From: Marsupella aquatica | Lineage: Eukaryota > Plantae > Marchantiophyta | DNA: 64,000 nt | NCBI GenBank assembly: GCA_973895155.1 | Contig: OZ316896.1 | Span: 13,943,542-14,007,541, forward strand | Reading direction: 5' to 3' | Shown: positions 39,041 to 51,100 of the stretch, piece after piece | Layout of the letters: every line of letters begins with the position of its first letter | Numbering within the stretch: position 1 is the first letter of the stretch | Notes under the pieces: generated by a model | Database searches by the model: none | Seen by the model: the letters and a program-made list of their open reading frames with translations, nothing else | What the model was told of the DNA's origin: nothing | Program-made: the position numbers and the translations under genes

Positions 39041-40518
39041 CTACAGAACAAACAGAAAGTGGAATAGGGTTCTTAAAAAAAACAAATAGCCCTCAAGATC
39101 GGTCGTCGCGTGCCTGGCACGCGCCTCTGAAGCAAAAGAACTCTCCGCTACAGAAGCAATGCTGGAACCCGGGCCTGCGTAATTGGACGTGGCGCTATGT
39201 GGGTCAGCTAGAGGCGCGTGCCAGGCACGAGCAAGTCCCCGGTATAGTGCCAATCTACTTGTAGAGAATCTGTAGCAACCCCTTTCCTTGTGACAGTGAA
39301 GGAGGCCGCCCACATAAAGGCAAGGTTGACGGTAAAGTCCCACACTGTACTCCTATACAATAATAATGTGTAACGTATGGAGCCCCTTATCTTTTTTTGT
39401 TCCAGTGCATATTGTACGGACCATTAATATCAGGCACAATTCCCCAAATCTCACCTTGAATGGTAACGATATTCTGCCCTGGATAATTGCACAGTGTATA
39501 ATTGCATGCATTGGATGATTGCAGGGTGGTTGTTTAGTCCCTTAATAATAACGTAATCTTTTTAATAAATGCAACAAAAAATGCACCGTCTCTAAGTGCA
39601 AATTGTCCCTTAAATAATATGGTAATTGTTTTTACAAATGCACCAAAAAAATGCACGTCTCTAAATGCAAATTGTCTGTCACTAAAGGATAGATATATAA
39701 GTACATTTCAGTTTACATAAGTATAGATGTTTACTCAATTATTAAAACACATATGTTTGAAATATTTGTTGATAAGTGCAACAAGTAATTACACATTATA
39801 GTTTCATGCATTTATCCAGTTGAATTGTGCACTATGAGTGTTCTGGGTATGATAAATCTATGCCTATGACCTAACACTACATTTGTGGAAGTGCTTGATG
39901 ATTAATAGTCATGTTGTTAGTCCAAGTGAATTTGGGGCCATAACTTGATGATTAATACTACTAAAGCAATTTTTAGTTTTGCACCTGTAATGCAACTGAG
40001 ATGGAGGACACATAAGAGAACACAAACCCAAATGTTTGATACTAACACAATGCAAATTTATCTAAAGTAATTTACCCCTCCTCAGTCTATGATGAAGCCC
40101 TCAACCCAAATGACCAGAAATTCCCTGTCACTTTGATGTAAGTGTGGCTCAACCTACTCGTCTAGCATAACTATAAATTATTTGAACCTATGAATATAAT
40201 TATTAGACTTAGACTAAAATTTTGGGAAATGTGGTCCATGGGGACTTCAAAGTCCACCATGGAACATCATTTATTATTAATGAATTAAATTTAAAGCAAG
40301 TTGTCCTTATTAAATGAGAATGAAAACTCTATGTAGATTTTAATGTGGAAAATTTGGCAGACCCAATGGCTCTTAGTGCATGAAAGAAATCTTTTTGTGT
40401 ACATGCAGTTTTTAGAGATTTCATTGAGACGTCTCACTTAACACAATTGGAATCAAAAGACAGAAGGTAAAATGCAAAGTTATAATAAAAATTATGTAGT
40501 TGGCATAAACTTAACATC

Positions 40519-40575
40519 TAGCCCAACAGGTAGGACTCTGATGAGAATGCGGGATCCCTGGTTCAAGCCCTGCCA
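40519..40575 (+). mobile_element. Degenerate tRNA-derived (SINE-like) head
   Basis: A-box-like TAGCCCAACAGGTAG and B-box-like GGTTCAAGCCC at tRNA-like spacing. No full cloverleaf. Confidence 0.35.
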
Positions 40576-40683
40576 GAGGTGTAGTGCATTCCAAAACATC
40601 CAGAAAAACTCTTCCACCAAACAGGTAAAACAAATATTTAAAGGAATGGTTGAATCTTGAGAAAAATTTTAATGGGTTCCCTA

Positions 40684-41378
40684 CTGTCTTCCCCCGAACA
40701 CAGCGCCCGGGCGTTCTGTTTGAAAGTTGAATTTTTTACTCTTGGTAAGAAAAAGTGGTTTTAACTCAAACACTACGTCATTTTAACACAATGCCCGGGC
40801 GTTGTGTTCGAATATGGCCTTGTGTTTGAATATTCAGGGTTGTGTTTCAGTTTTTCCTAATCTTGACAGCATTGAGCACAAAAAGTGCAAGTTCATGAAT
40901 TACAATCAAAGCATAAGGAAAGTAAACAAAAAGTTGTTGATAACCTTCACATCTTGACAACAATGCTAGGAGCAATATTTCCCATATACTCAATTGAAAT
41001 TACACTTGACAACTCTGCAAATAGTTACATCCATGTGCAAATGCAGTAGAAATCAGAGAATGATTTTCTAAGCCGTTATTCTATTTTGTCTCACCAAGTT
41101 TGGCCAGGGCTGAAATGGTCTAGAAGCATTAGCCTTTCATGCATGCTTATACCCTAAATTCTATGCGTATCATTCCTGCTTACATCCTAAATTCATCACA
41201 ATGCCTAAATTGGAACATAACACCACTATTCAAACACAACGCCAGAAGGTAAAAAAAATCCAAAACATAGTGTGGAAACTTAAACACAGCGCCCTGGGCA
41301 CACTATTCGAATATAACGCTCCATGGCCCACTATTCGAATGTAGTGCCTGGGCACTGTGTTCGGGGGAATTAAGACGG
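40684..41378. mobile_element. Tc1/mariner (pogo-like) MITE, copy 2
   Basis: TA|CTGTCTTCCCCCGAACACAGCGCCCGGGC ... GCCTGGGCACTGTGTTCGGGGGAATTAAGACGG|TA. Contains extra internal sequence (about 40860-41215) relative to copy 1. Confidence 0.8.
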
Positions 41379-41746
41379 TAGTTCTTGATGGGAAACAAAC
41401 AGTGCCCTCCTAAAGTAAATAAAACATCTGATTCACCAAATATAGCAGTGTCAAAAATTCCTTTCCTTGATAACAACAAGTCTAAAAAATACAATGAACA
41501 CACATGCTAAAGTGCTCAAGTCCAGAGGTATAAACCTTGTTGGACCATTTTCTGCCTCAAGGTTTTCTCAGATTCTAAACTGTGAGTGCACAGTTTTTGT
41601 GGCCAAACTTATTCCCCATGACTTCATGGGCTCATAGCCTCTTATGAAGCCAGCAACTCTACTCCTGAAGGACAAGAGCAGCTACCTGCCACAGAAACTG
41701 GAGTCAGAAGAGAGCTCTGACTCTCTCTCTCTCTCTCTCTCCTCTC

Positions 41747-42623
41747 CAAATTTGGTCTTAAGAGGGCCCCTCTCCCATCTTCTGGACTTAAGAAGACCCC
41801 AAGATCCCATGGGGACTTAACAGGGCCCTTGTGACGGCCCACCGTAGTGCTGGTCCTTATCCGGTGCTTGTGAGAATAGGGACACTGAGAAATAAGAACA
41901 CCACCTCACCATGCAGTAGAGCGCAATTGGGTCTATAATAGAATTGCGCCCTAAAATTCAATCTGCTGTGATTTACATTCAACAGCACTCTCCAAAGCTT
42001 AGCTTGCGGCCACACAAGAATGACAGCCTTTTCCGCCCTCTCAAGTCCACAATTTCCACAATTTCCACAATTTCAACTGAATGAACAGACCTCAATCAAT
42101 CATAATGTACCTTAGAGCTGGGAAATCAGCTATTGCTAACATTCTGGAATTGTCACAATTGCACCATAGCAGACCTTCAAGCAGAGCAAAGAAGTGTGTC
42201 CTTCAATTTCAAAACAAAAATTTGAAACCATAAGGTATCAATACCTTGGAGGTTGCCAACGCTTCAGTCCACGATGCAGCACTGTCATCCACCTGTGCAA
42301 TGTAAAGAAGGAAAACACTGCCCAAATTCCTCCTTTGGCTCACAAAAACTGATGCTCTTGACTCTCCCTCCTAGTTGCCTTACACATTCAACCTTGAACT
42401 CTGCCTCTCTAAACCCTTCCGCCAAGCACTTCCGCTAAAGTCCCTGCTAGAGTTTACTGCACTTGCCCAACTGTGAAACACTCACTCGTTGTTTACTGAG
42501 TAGGTCTTGACAGGAACCGGGCAATGGTGGGAAGTCACGGGGCCACTTAAGTCCAGATGGAATCTTGGGGTACTCTTAAGTCGTCCAAGAGATGCCAAAG
42601 GGGCCCTCTTATGTCCAAACTTG
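41747..42623. repeat. Diverged approx. 110-bp inverted repeat pair (41747-41858 and 42511-42623)
   Basis: TAAGAGGGCCC...GACTTAAGA...CCCCAAGAT.CCAT..GGACTTAA matches the reverse complement of the right arm. The ORF track shows the same peptide-like pattern on opposite strands. Confidence 0.75.
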
Positions 42624-45568
42624 TCTCCTCTCCTCCATCTGAAATCTTCAATCTCGAGCAACATGAAGGATTCGAGCTGGATATCAACTGGTAATTAACT
42701 GGTTTCTCTCCGAGTTGTATCATCCAACAGCTGCCTCAACTTGACTCCTCCGAGTGCTCTCGCTTGAAGCATCTACACGTGTGTGGTGAGAAGCTGCAGC
42801 AAACTTGGGAGAGCATGATGGTGAAAATCTGCAATAATGAGGGGCCAGGCTCACATAGATTGAGGTCAATCAGATGTGGATATAGGTGTTTCTGGGGAGG
42901 AGCTTGCCCAGTCCTGTCATGGTAGAGCTGTCGTAGCTGAGTGTGTGACTGGCCAAGTTCCATCTGTAATCTGTTGGCTTGCTTGCTTTTCACGAGAGGT
43001 TTGATCATGTACCTGCCCACTATATATATCGTTGCCAAAAAACGAAAACAGCCAAATGGTGAGATAGACAGGAGACTCAACAATAAAGGAGATAAAATAA
43101 TATATAACTTGCCCACTTGCGAAGCAGAGGGATAATGATCTGCATTGTCTGACTGACTACAGTACAATGAGAGTGAGAACGAGAATGGCTGAGCAGTGTG
43201 CACTGATGTTCGTCTTTTGGGGATTCTGCCCAAATTGGAAGGAATGTAGTTTGTAAAAGCGAAATGCACTTTAGGGTAACATGTCCTGAATTTGTAGGCT
43301 GTCGCATTTGTTTGCTGCCGGGATTTGGAAGGGAAAAAAATGATTTCAGAGTTTTCGGCCTTCAATAAGAAACAAACAAGCATGCAATTCAAGAAATAAC
43401 ACATTGCATCCGTTCATTATATACAAATCTCTAATTGGTGTTCAAGTAATGCCTCTGGCGCACATGCCCTCATTCTTTTCCCAGACGCGAAGGCTTTACC
43501 CTGGTAGCTGGGCTTGGTTTATAGGGTTGGTTTCCCTTGGTTTATTGAAAAACCATACAGCATTAATTGCTTTTGCTTATATATCCCTTGTAAACATATA
43601 CAGCAGCTGGAGCTCAAGTATTGAGGAGAGCAGGTTGTTCGGCTATTGAGGTTATTGATCAAGTAGGCAATATGAAATCCAATAATGTCTTTCTTGTCAC
43701 ATGTTACTCTTGTAACAGGTCTCCTGGTCATTTACCTGCCACTTTTGTGACAAGAGTACCTGGTAAATTTTGGACGGTTATCAATGGGTTTGTTTGTCCA
43801 TCTGAGCATCAGAGACAACATTGGTGTTCGAGATTGGGGTTCAAGATATTAAATTAAAATAAGACAATAGTGATAGTCAAAAGTGCAGACAAATTTGCAC
43901 AGCCTATCCTGTCCAATTGACACAATCACGTGCTAAATCTACAACACATTAATGCTCTCGCATTTTCCTTGGGCCCGTATAGTGCCCGTCCCAGTGCATG
44001 ATGCTGCTGTCTGCTCGGGCCCAAGTTTGCCAAAAATATAAACCAATACTCTACCATTGGTCATTTACTCCGGCCCAAACTACTATGTGCCCTTGACTTC
44101 TTCCCTTATGAAGTCATTGTTTATGTTCTGACAACACTTCTTTACAACAGAGTTATGTTTGCTTTGTAACAGAGTCTAAGTGTTGCAGAGCCTAGTACTT
44201 TGGTTAAGAGTCATGATTGATAGAGTCTTGGTTAATGTTCTGCCAAATACTTCTTTTGTATGGAGTAGTAGTTTATGTTTTGGCAACATTTCTTTCCAAG
44301 GAGTCATGTCTACTTAGTAATAGAGTCTAGGTGTTCAGGCAAAGCCTAGTACTTTGGATGTGAGTAATGAATCATGATAGAGTCTTGGTTTACGTTAAGG
44401 TAACCTTGGGCCGGAGAGGGCAACAACATCAAGTACCTGTGCAAGAGCAAGCTACAACAAGTGAAGGATGCCAAAACATAAGCTTGAAGTTGATGACACG
44501 TTGATTGGGTTGGAGTGGTTGACAAAAGGATAGAGTCTAGGTTTATGTTTTGACAAATTCCGGCCAGGGCGGACAATAGCATCCGAAATTGGGTCAGACA
44601 GTATATGGGACCCCAGGGAAATGAGAAAACATTAACCCATTGTAGATTTAACCTGCCATTTAAATGTGAACACTATTACCTTAAAAATAGAATCTGAGTG
44701 GACTATACTTTTTGGTACGTTATGTACGTAAATAAGTACGGTGCGGTACGTTAGACCACCTCCTTGGGCCCGGGGGTCGGGGGGTGGCTCCCGCTTCGGT
44801 GCAGGTTTCATGCAAACAACATCCATCTATTAATTTACGCCTGCCTTGGTGCCAAAGGAAGGACGAGTTCCGAGGGAGCAGGCGCATTTGATTTGCATGT
44901 CGACCACAGAAGGCTGCCTGCCATCCACGTCGGCCCCCACCACCATCGTGCGGTCCCTGGGTCCCGCCGTGTGTTGTTGAATGGCCCCCACAAAATGATA
45001 ATAATTAGAATGATGTGATTTGATAGAGGATAACTTCATGATGGGCTGAGGTTATGACTGTACTTATTAACTGTCTAGTCGTCAATGGGGACTCCCCGAG
45101 TGCCATCTCGGATAGTCGGCCGGGGATGACTTTTTATTCCGAATAACTCTAAGAAGTAATTCTCTTGAAAACAGTATTCCCATGGACCAATCTTTGAAAA
45201 ATACCATCATCACATTTCTCAAAATTTAAGTTTAAATAAGAGAAACTTTATATTCATAAATTCAAATATCTTTTAATTTTGAATATATGTTAGAGGAGTT
45301 TAGGGACCTACTCATCTATGCACAATGAAAATTAATCGAATAAAATTTATCCCTCTACATTTCATGATTGACATTTCAGATAAAATGACTAAAATTTCAT
45401 TCTCACTTTGATGAAAATAGTTCACCTACTGAAAATGAAACCCTATAGACCTCTAGGTTTGTCAAAGTGCTCCCACAGATTTTTGCAACTCACATGGACC
45501 TAATTTAACTTGCAATGTCACAGAGAACATTTCTAAATACTCCATCTGGAGTGTATAGTTTCTTTCTA

Positions 45569-45640
45569 CAGTCCATGAGAGTTATCAAAGTGACAATGGT
45601 GATCCAGTCCATGAGAGCTATCAAAGTGACAATGGTGATC
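45569..45640. repeat. 35-bp tandem duplication
   Basis: CAGTCCATGAGAG(T/C)TATCAAAGTGACAATGGTGATC occurs twice. Confidence 0.9.
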
Positions 45641-48137
45641 CCATGGACCATGATATAATAGGGCTTGTATTTTTTCATGGATTACTCCTTCTCTAGTTGC
45701 CTTGTAGGTGAAAAATTAAAATTATCTTAAGCCTCACCATCATCGTGTTGGAAACCCAAAACTCCCAGGGACCACCAAATGTGCGACACCTAGCTAAATT
45801 AATTTATAAGTTAATAGTAAATGTTTCTAGCAACATGCTTAAAATCTTGTTAGAATTCATAAATTTGGCAAGCACTCTTAAACATTTTCTCAATCAGATC
45901 CAAATTTTTGACAATTTATTTTTGGTGTGAACCAGGATGCCGCTAAGGTGTGGGGATCTTCAGACCAAGTCGTACAAAAAGTTTTACCAGGCTTAATCAA
46001 GGGCTATCGTACCAGGACTGACTAGAGTGCCCAATGAGCCATCTTGACGGATTGGCTAAACCTAGGACTGGTCGATATACCTCGTCAGATTGAAACTACA
46101 CATTCTCTTATGCAAGAAGAACGAGGGAGTGTACATTTTCAGGAAGGAACGATAAAGGTGGAGATCAGTAAAGGACAAACCTGACACTAAACATTAAGAG
46201 AGCAGTTCGGGGACAAAAGAAAGATGCACAGCCTGGAAAATAGGCATTATTTTGAAGAGAATCTATGGATACAGTTGCAGGCTATGGGTAACCCTCAGAT
46301 ATCGAGGTAAAGACATCTTTTAGTGGAATATTGGAATGTCATTGGAGGTGAAAGGCGGAAAGTTGTAAATGTGTATTATTTAAAGGTGTGGCGATCATTG
46401 ATCCTGCTTGTGCAAATGTTGCCACGTTTGCTTACTGGTAAAGAGGTTTGCAAATGATACAAAGAGATTGTAAATCATTTTAGGACTGAATCCATGAGAG
46501 CCTTCATGTTTAAGTTCTCACTTTCTTGAGCCATGTGATTATCTGAAAATGGTTCAGGCAAAATTCAGCATAATGTATCTGACAATGATGTCTTTTTTGC
46601 AACTCTACTTTTTACACAAATCTTTTGTGCAACAACCTTTTCCACAAATAACATCTTTTCACATGAACGTTTTTTGTGCAACGACATATTCTGTGCATTT
46701 TGTGTAAGTGCACAGGTATTGAGTTAGTAGATAATAATAATAACTGAACAAATACCTACCAACCTAGTCCTCTCAAATTCAAATGGTAGGATTAAGGTTT
46801 CAAAATGGGTAGTATGACAGATCATCTGTGGACAGTTTTCCCATGAGCGACAGGCATTCCCCTTTGTGCCCAATTCTTAGTTTCTGCGGCCAATTGTACT
46901 GGTATTGTAGGTTGCAGTGAACAGCCGGGCTCATTCTCTAGCTGTGTTTGCACTCGTTGTGCTGCTTGCCTAGTATCCCTATTGTATCTCCAGACATAGC
47001 TTCAATTTTTCATAAAGTTGGTCCCTTTGTAGCCCCTCGGTACAGCTGATTCCACAGCTGCTTAGTATCTAACATGAAGGAAAAGACAGTTTCCAAATAT
47101 GCCCAGAGTTTCCACAGGTCCAATCATTTTACCATGGATAGTGACTCTCAACTAGCAGATTGAGCCCATTCTAAAAACCTAGATAATAATAAGGAATCCA
47201 AGTTTTTCTGAGCCATTCTAACCTCTCCTGGATGAACTCTTGCAAAGAAAGCCAACGAATCCACTGGACAATTGTGGATGTTTGGTAGAAGTAGGAGGGA
47301 TGCGAAGGGTGGGGTTTCGATTCCGGATGGTTGAATACCCACACTCTGGACTGCAGTATATATTCACAGGGGTGGCACGGGGGAGTCATAAATGATACCT
47401 GAAATTACTCAGATTTGCCTATGGATGATCCATGAGAAGTTCCAATTTGTACACATGCGGTGCAAAAGTCTGCCAGTCACTTTACTCCGATTCCTTAGAA
47501 TGGCAAGTTGGTAAAGTTACACAGCTACAGGCCACACAATGGCCGGCCATATCAAAAATCACCTGAGTCGGGAGGAACACACAAATCGTAAGGAGAACAA
47601 GGGGATCCCTTACGGATACTCTCGGCAGGCTGGGTCCAGGTCCACAAACTTGCAAAAGACGGCTGTTGAGCTTCAAGGTACGTGTTCTCATCAACAAAAG
47701 ACATTTTCAGAGCACAGAAACTTAACATTACTAACCTACAGGACACTCCCTAGCTGACATGAACGACCTCCATTTTCGTGCGTGGGAATCCTACGTAACC
47801 TCAAGTTCAAGTACCTAAACAGGATAGGTATGGCCCAAGACCGCACAGAAAAACATTATTCTCAAGTTTCCATTCACTCTGCAATGGACATCCTAATACC
47901 ACCTGCATCTCCAACCCTAGTTTGCGAGTGTATTGCCGTGGAACAAAGACTGCAGTTACCCAGCGTTCCTTCACTACTTCTATCTGAGGTTCAGCTTACG
48001 GTATCCTAGAGCCAAAATCCAAACAGCAGATTCTGTGCAGGACATTCAACTTCACACAAAAATTTTGCTTCACAAAGGCACTGCTGCCACCACACTAAAC
48101 ACAGTCACAACATCCAACCCAACATACGATCATTGTG

Positions 48138-51100
48138 TCATCGTTTACCATGAGGTAGCTGATTGGAGCCCCCCTCTCTGATTCGATAAAGATGGACTTC
48201 CATCTCAGTACAAATTGGGACAATGCAACCCTGGGGCCCCTTCTGTCTTCCCACGGTCTCGAGGCTTCTTTGATGGTTATCTCCCTCCATGACGATACAT
48301 AATCTACACAGACTAGATGCAACTGATGGCATTTCGTCTAGTTGGAGAAGTGTAGATAACTCACGAATGTTGCTAGTTGAACTCATGGCACTGTCCTCTA
48401 CGCCTAAAAGTTTGTAACCTGGTGCCGATGTGTCTTGGACAAACTGGATCCATAGTGAATACATGTCTGGGACATTGTAAACCGTTACATCTATCCGTAT
48501 GCCTAGAGGAAGACCTGCTATGAACCCCAGAGGATGATCAAAATCACTGCCAGGGGCCCTCATGACAGCACACATTTCCCTTACTGGTGTATCACAGGAG
48601 ATTTGGCCGGGCCAATAAGAGATAGCTAGTTGGCGGGCAGTTTTCCAGATATTTAGGATATTGGTCTTTCTTTCATCATTGAGTAACTGCTCTTGAACTG
48701 ATTTTAGAAGTGGTGAACGAGGTAAATCTTGACTCCTGGTTATCTTCTCTGCTGTTGTGATAGCGGATTCTAACTCTGGAAAAGGCATAGAACCTATGCC
48801 ATCCTTTACAAGATGATCGACTGGATGTAACGCTAGCTTCCAGATATGCATAATGGCATGGAGCTCCAATATCTGCAAAAGTTGTTCAAAGCTGAAACCT
48901 AAGAAGCGATGAAGGACATGTTGGAGGAGTGAATTCAGTTTATTTAGAAGGTCTTGGGGTAATCCTGACATTTTGACCAGTGCACGGCTCTCTTGAGAGA
49001 CAAAATTGGCACGCAACTCAACCACCAGTATGAGACATTCCAAATACAACCCACAGAAGCTCACCATTCCACTCAGGCTAAAACATCTTCCCTTAAGAGC
49101 TCTCAACTCTTTCCTGCAGCCCCTGCATTTCAACTGTGAAGTGTCAACCATCGGTGAGCGTTGCAGGACATCAGCAAAAAGTGAGTGGCTCTACTGAACA
49201 GCAAATGAGGTGGTTATCAGAAGAGGTCAATTGGAGGTCGTCTGGACTCCAATGATTGGATGTCGTATTTCTCTCAAGTGTTGAAATACGGCATCCAATC
49301 ATTTGGGGAACTGACGCGGCAAAACTTTAGAGAAAAAGCCTATACAAAACTCTAAAAAACCTTGGAGTGGGACTCATTAAATTTTCTGACTATGAAGATC
49401 AAAGAGATCAATTCTGCAAGGTCAATACACAAATGTAATCTAATGATGTTTAAGAAGACAAGGTTAGGACCAACAGCTACAGGAACTGGCATAAACAAGT
49501 ACTTCACAGATTATGTAGAAAAGCAAAAATAAACAATCAAAACACGCAAACACAAAGAAAGCTCCTTAGCGATGCTGTCCCAGTTAAAATCTTAGAAATA
49601 GAAAGTTACCGGAGTCTTTGAAGGACTTCCTTGAATGCCTTCATGTTGAGCAACAGACTTGTACTGAGCGCACTTGCCACAATCCGCTGCGTAGAATCCC
49701 TAATCTCCCGTTCCCCGTACTCAATTAATCCGCTTTTGTGGTACCGATTCTCGATAGAAGAAGACCAGCCACTTCCTCGACTCCCTTCACTCTCCGTCAC
49801 TGTTGTTTTTGTATTCTCTTGATTAATATGGTCTTTCGTTGGGTTTATATTCGTGGTATACTCCTGACGCCGAATCTTCAGAATCTCACCTTCAAGCAGG
49901 TGTTGTGAACCATTCACCGGTGTATACTTTCTACGAGAATATCTGCTTTGATATTCATTATGATTCTCACTGGAACAGAATGCATTTGTCGTGGGCCAAG
50001 CATACAGCTTAGTCTTGAAGCCCAAGGGAAAAACTTGCAGCGGAGGTAGGCTGATTGGCAGCTTATTGCTAATAAGACTTGCAACAGACAGTATCCGGGA
50101 TGGAATCAATGAAATGATTTTCCCATTCCCTGTTGCAGCACCGAGTAAAAGCACGAGTATGGCTACACATCGGGGATTGTCGAGTCCTGCGTCTTCGTCC
50201 AATAATCCTCTCAACTGTAAACCAATGTAAACCCACATAAAATTCAAATTAGACGCTTCCATGAGGAGGACACCGACTCACTATAAACCGCGTCATACTC
50301 AAAAGAAGGAAAGACATTGGGTTACTCAACTGGAAGAGAAGGTTACATCATTACATCATAAAGACCTTTCCATTGAGCAGAGAACAAAGGCTATTAAAGC
50401 AACCTGATACTCAAGGTACATATGATCACGTTTCAGAGTTGTGAATAAAAGAACTTAGACAACTCTGAGAAGAGGAAACAACCGCGTCTAAAGGTTTTTA
50501 CCTCTTGGACAAGCTCGTTTGCCACACTTTCAGTATGACCAGCGTGGTATCTCCCCAATTTCTCCAGCGTGACCAATATACATTCCTCATCCTGCATACA
50601 TTTCACATATCATGCAAAAGAACGCACAAGTATGCTCATCTTCCCTGTGGAGAGGCATCCTTCAAATTGGGCCAGTCAAACCATCACGTGTTCTCATAGC
50701 AGTACAATCATACTATCGTCTAGCCAAGAATCACATGGAGAAGCACGAGGAGTGAAGCAGACCTCTGGATGCTTATCCAAGCTTGTCAAAATTGCTCGAA
50801 AAGTTAATTGGAATGTTGCAATACTAGGAAGTGAGATTGCAGAGAGTAAATCATGTCCAGCAATTCGCATCGCCACCTTGGAATCTTCCAAAATACCTAT
50901 AAACTGCAAAATGAAATCCATAACGGATGACAGGCGAACCCACAATCAAAAGAGGAACATCGAACAGTTGAGGCGGCTAAGATGATCCAATTAAACGACT
51001 CTCTTGTACAAGAACTGACCACATCCTCCGTATCGCCTTCCAAAGCACAGAATCGCTGACCATAGCCAGTCAACTGGGCATCTTCTTTCCATTATATTCT

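Noticed and set aside
40519-40575. Functional tRNA gene
   Set aside because: Only degenerate A and B boxes; no acceptor or anticodon stems.
42736-43404. 222-aa - strand ORF
   Set aside because: Non-ATG start, atypical composition, no domain or splice support.
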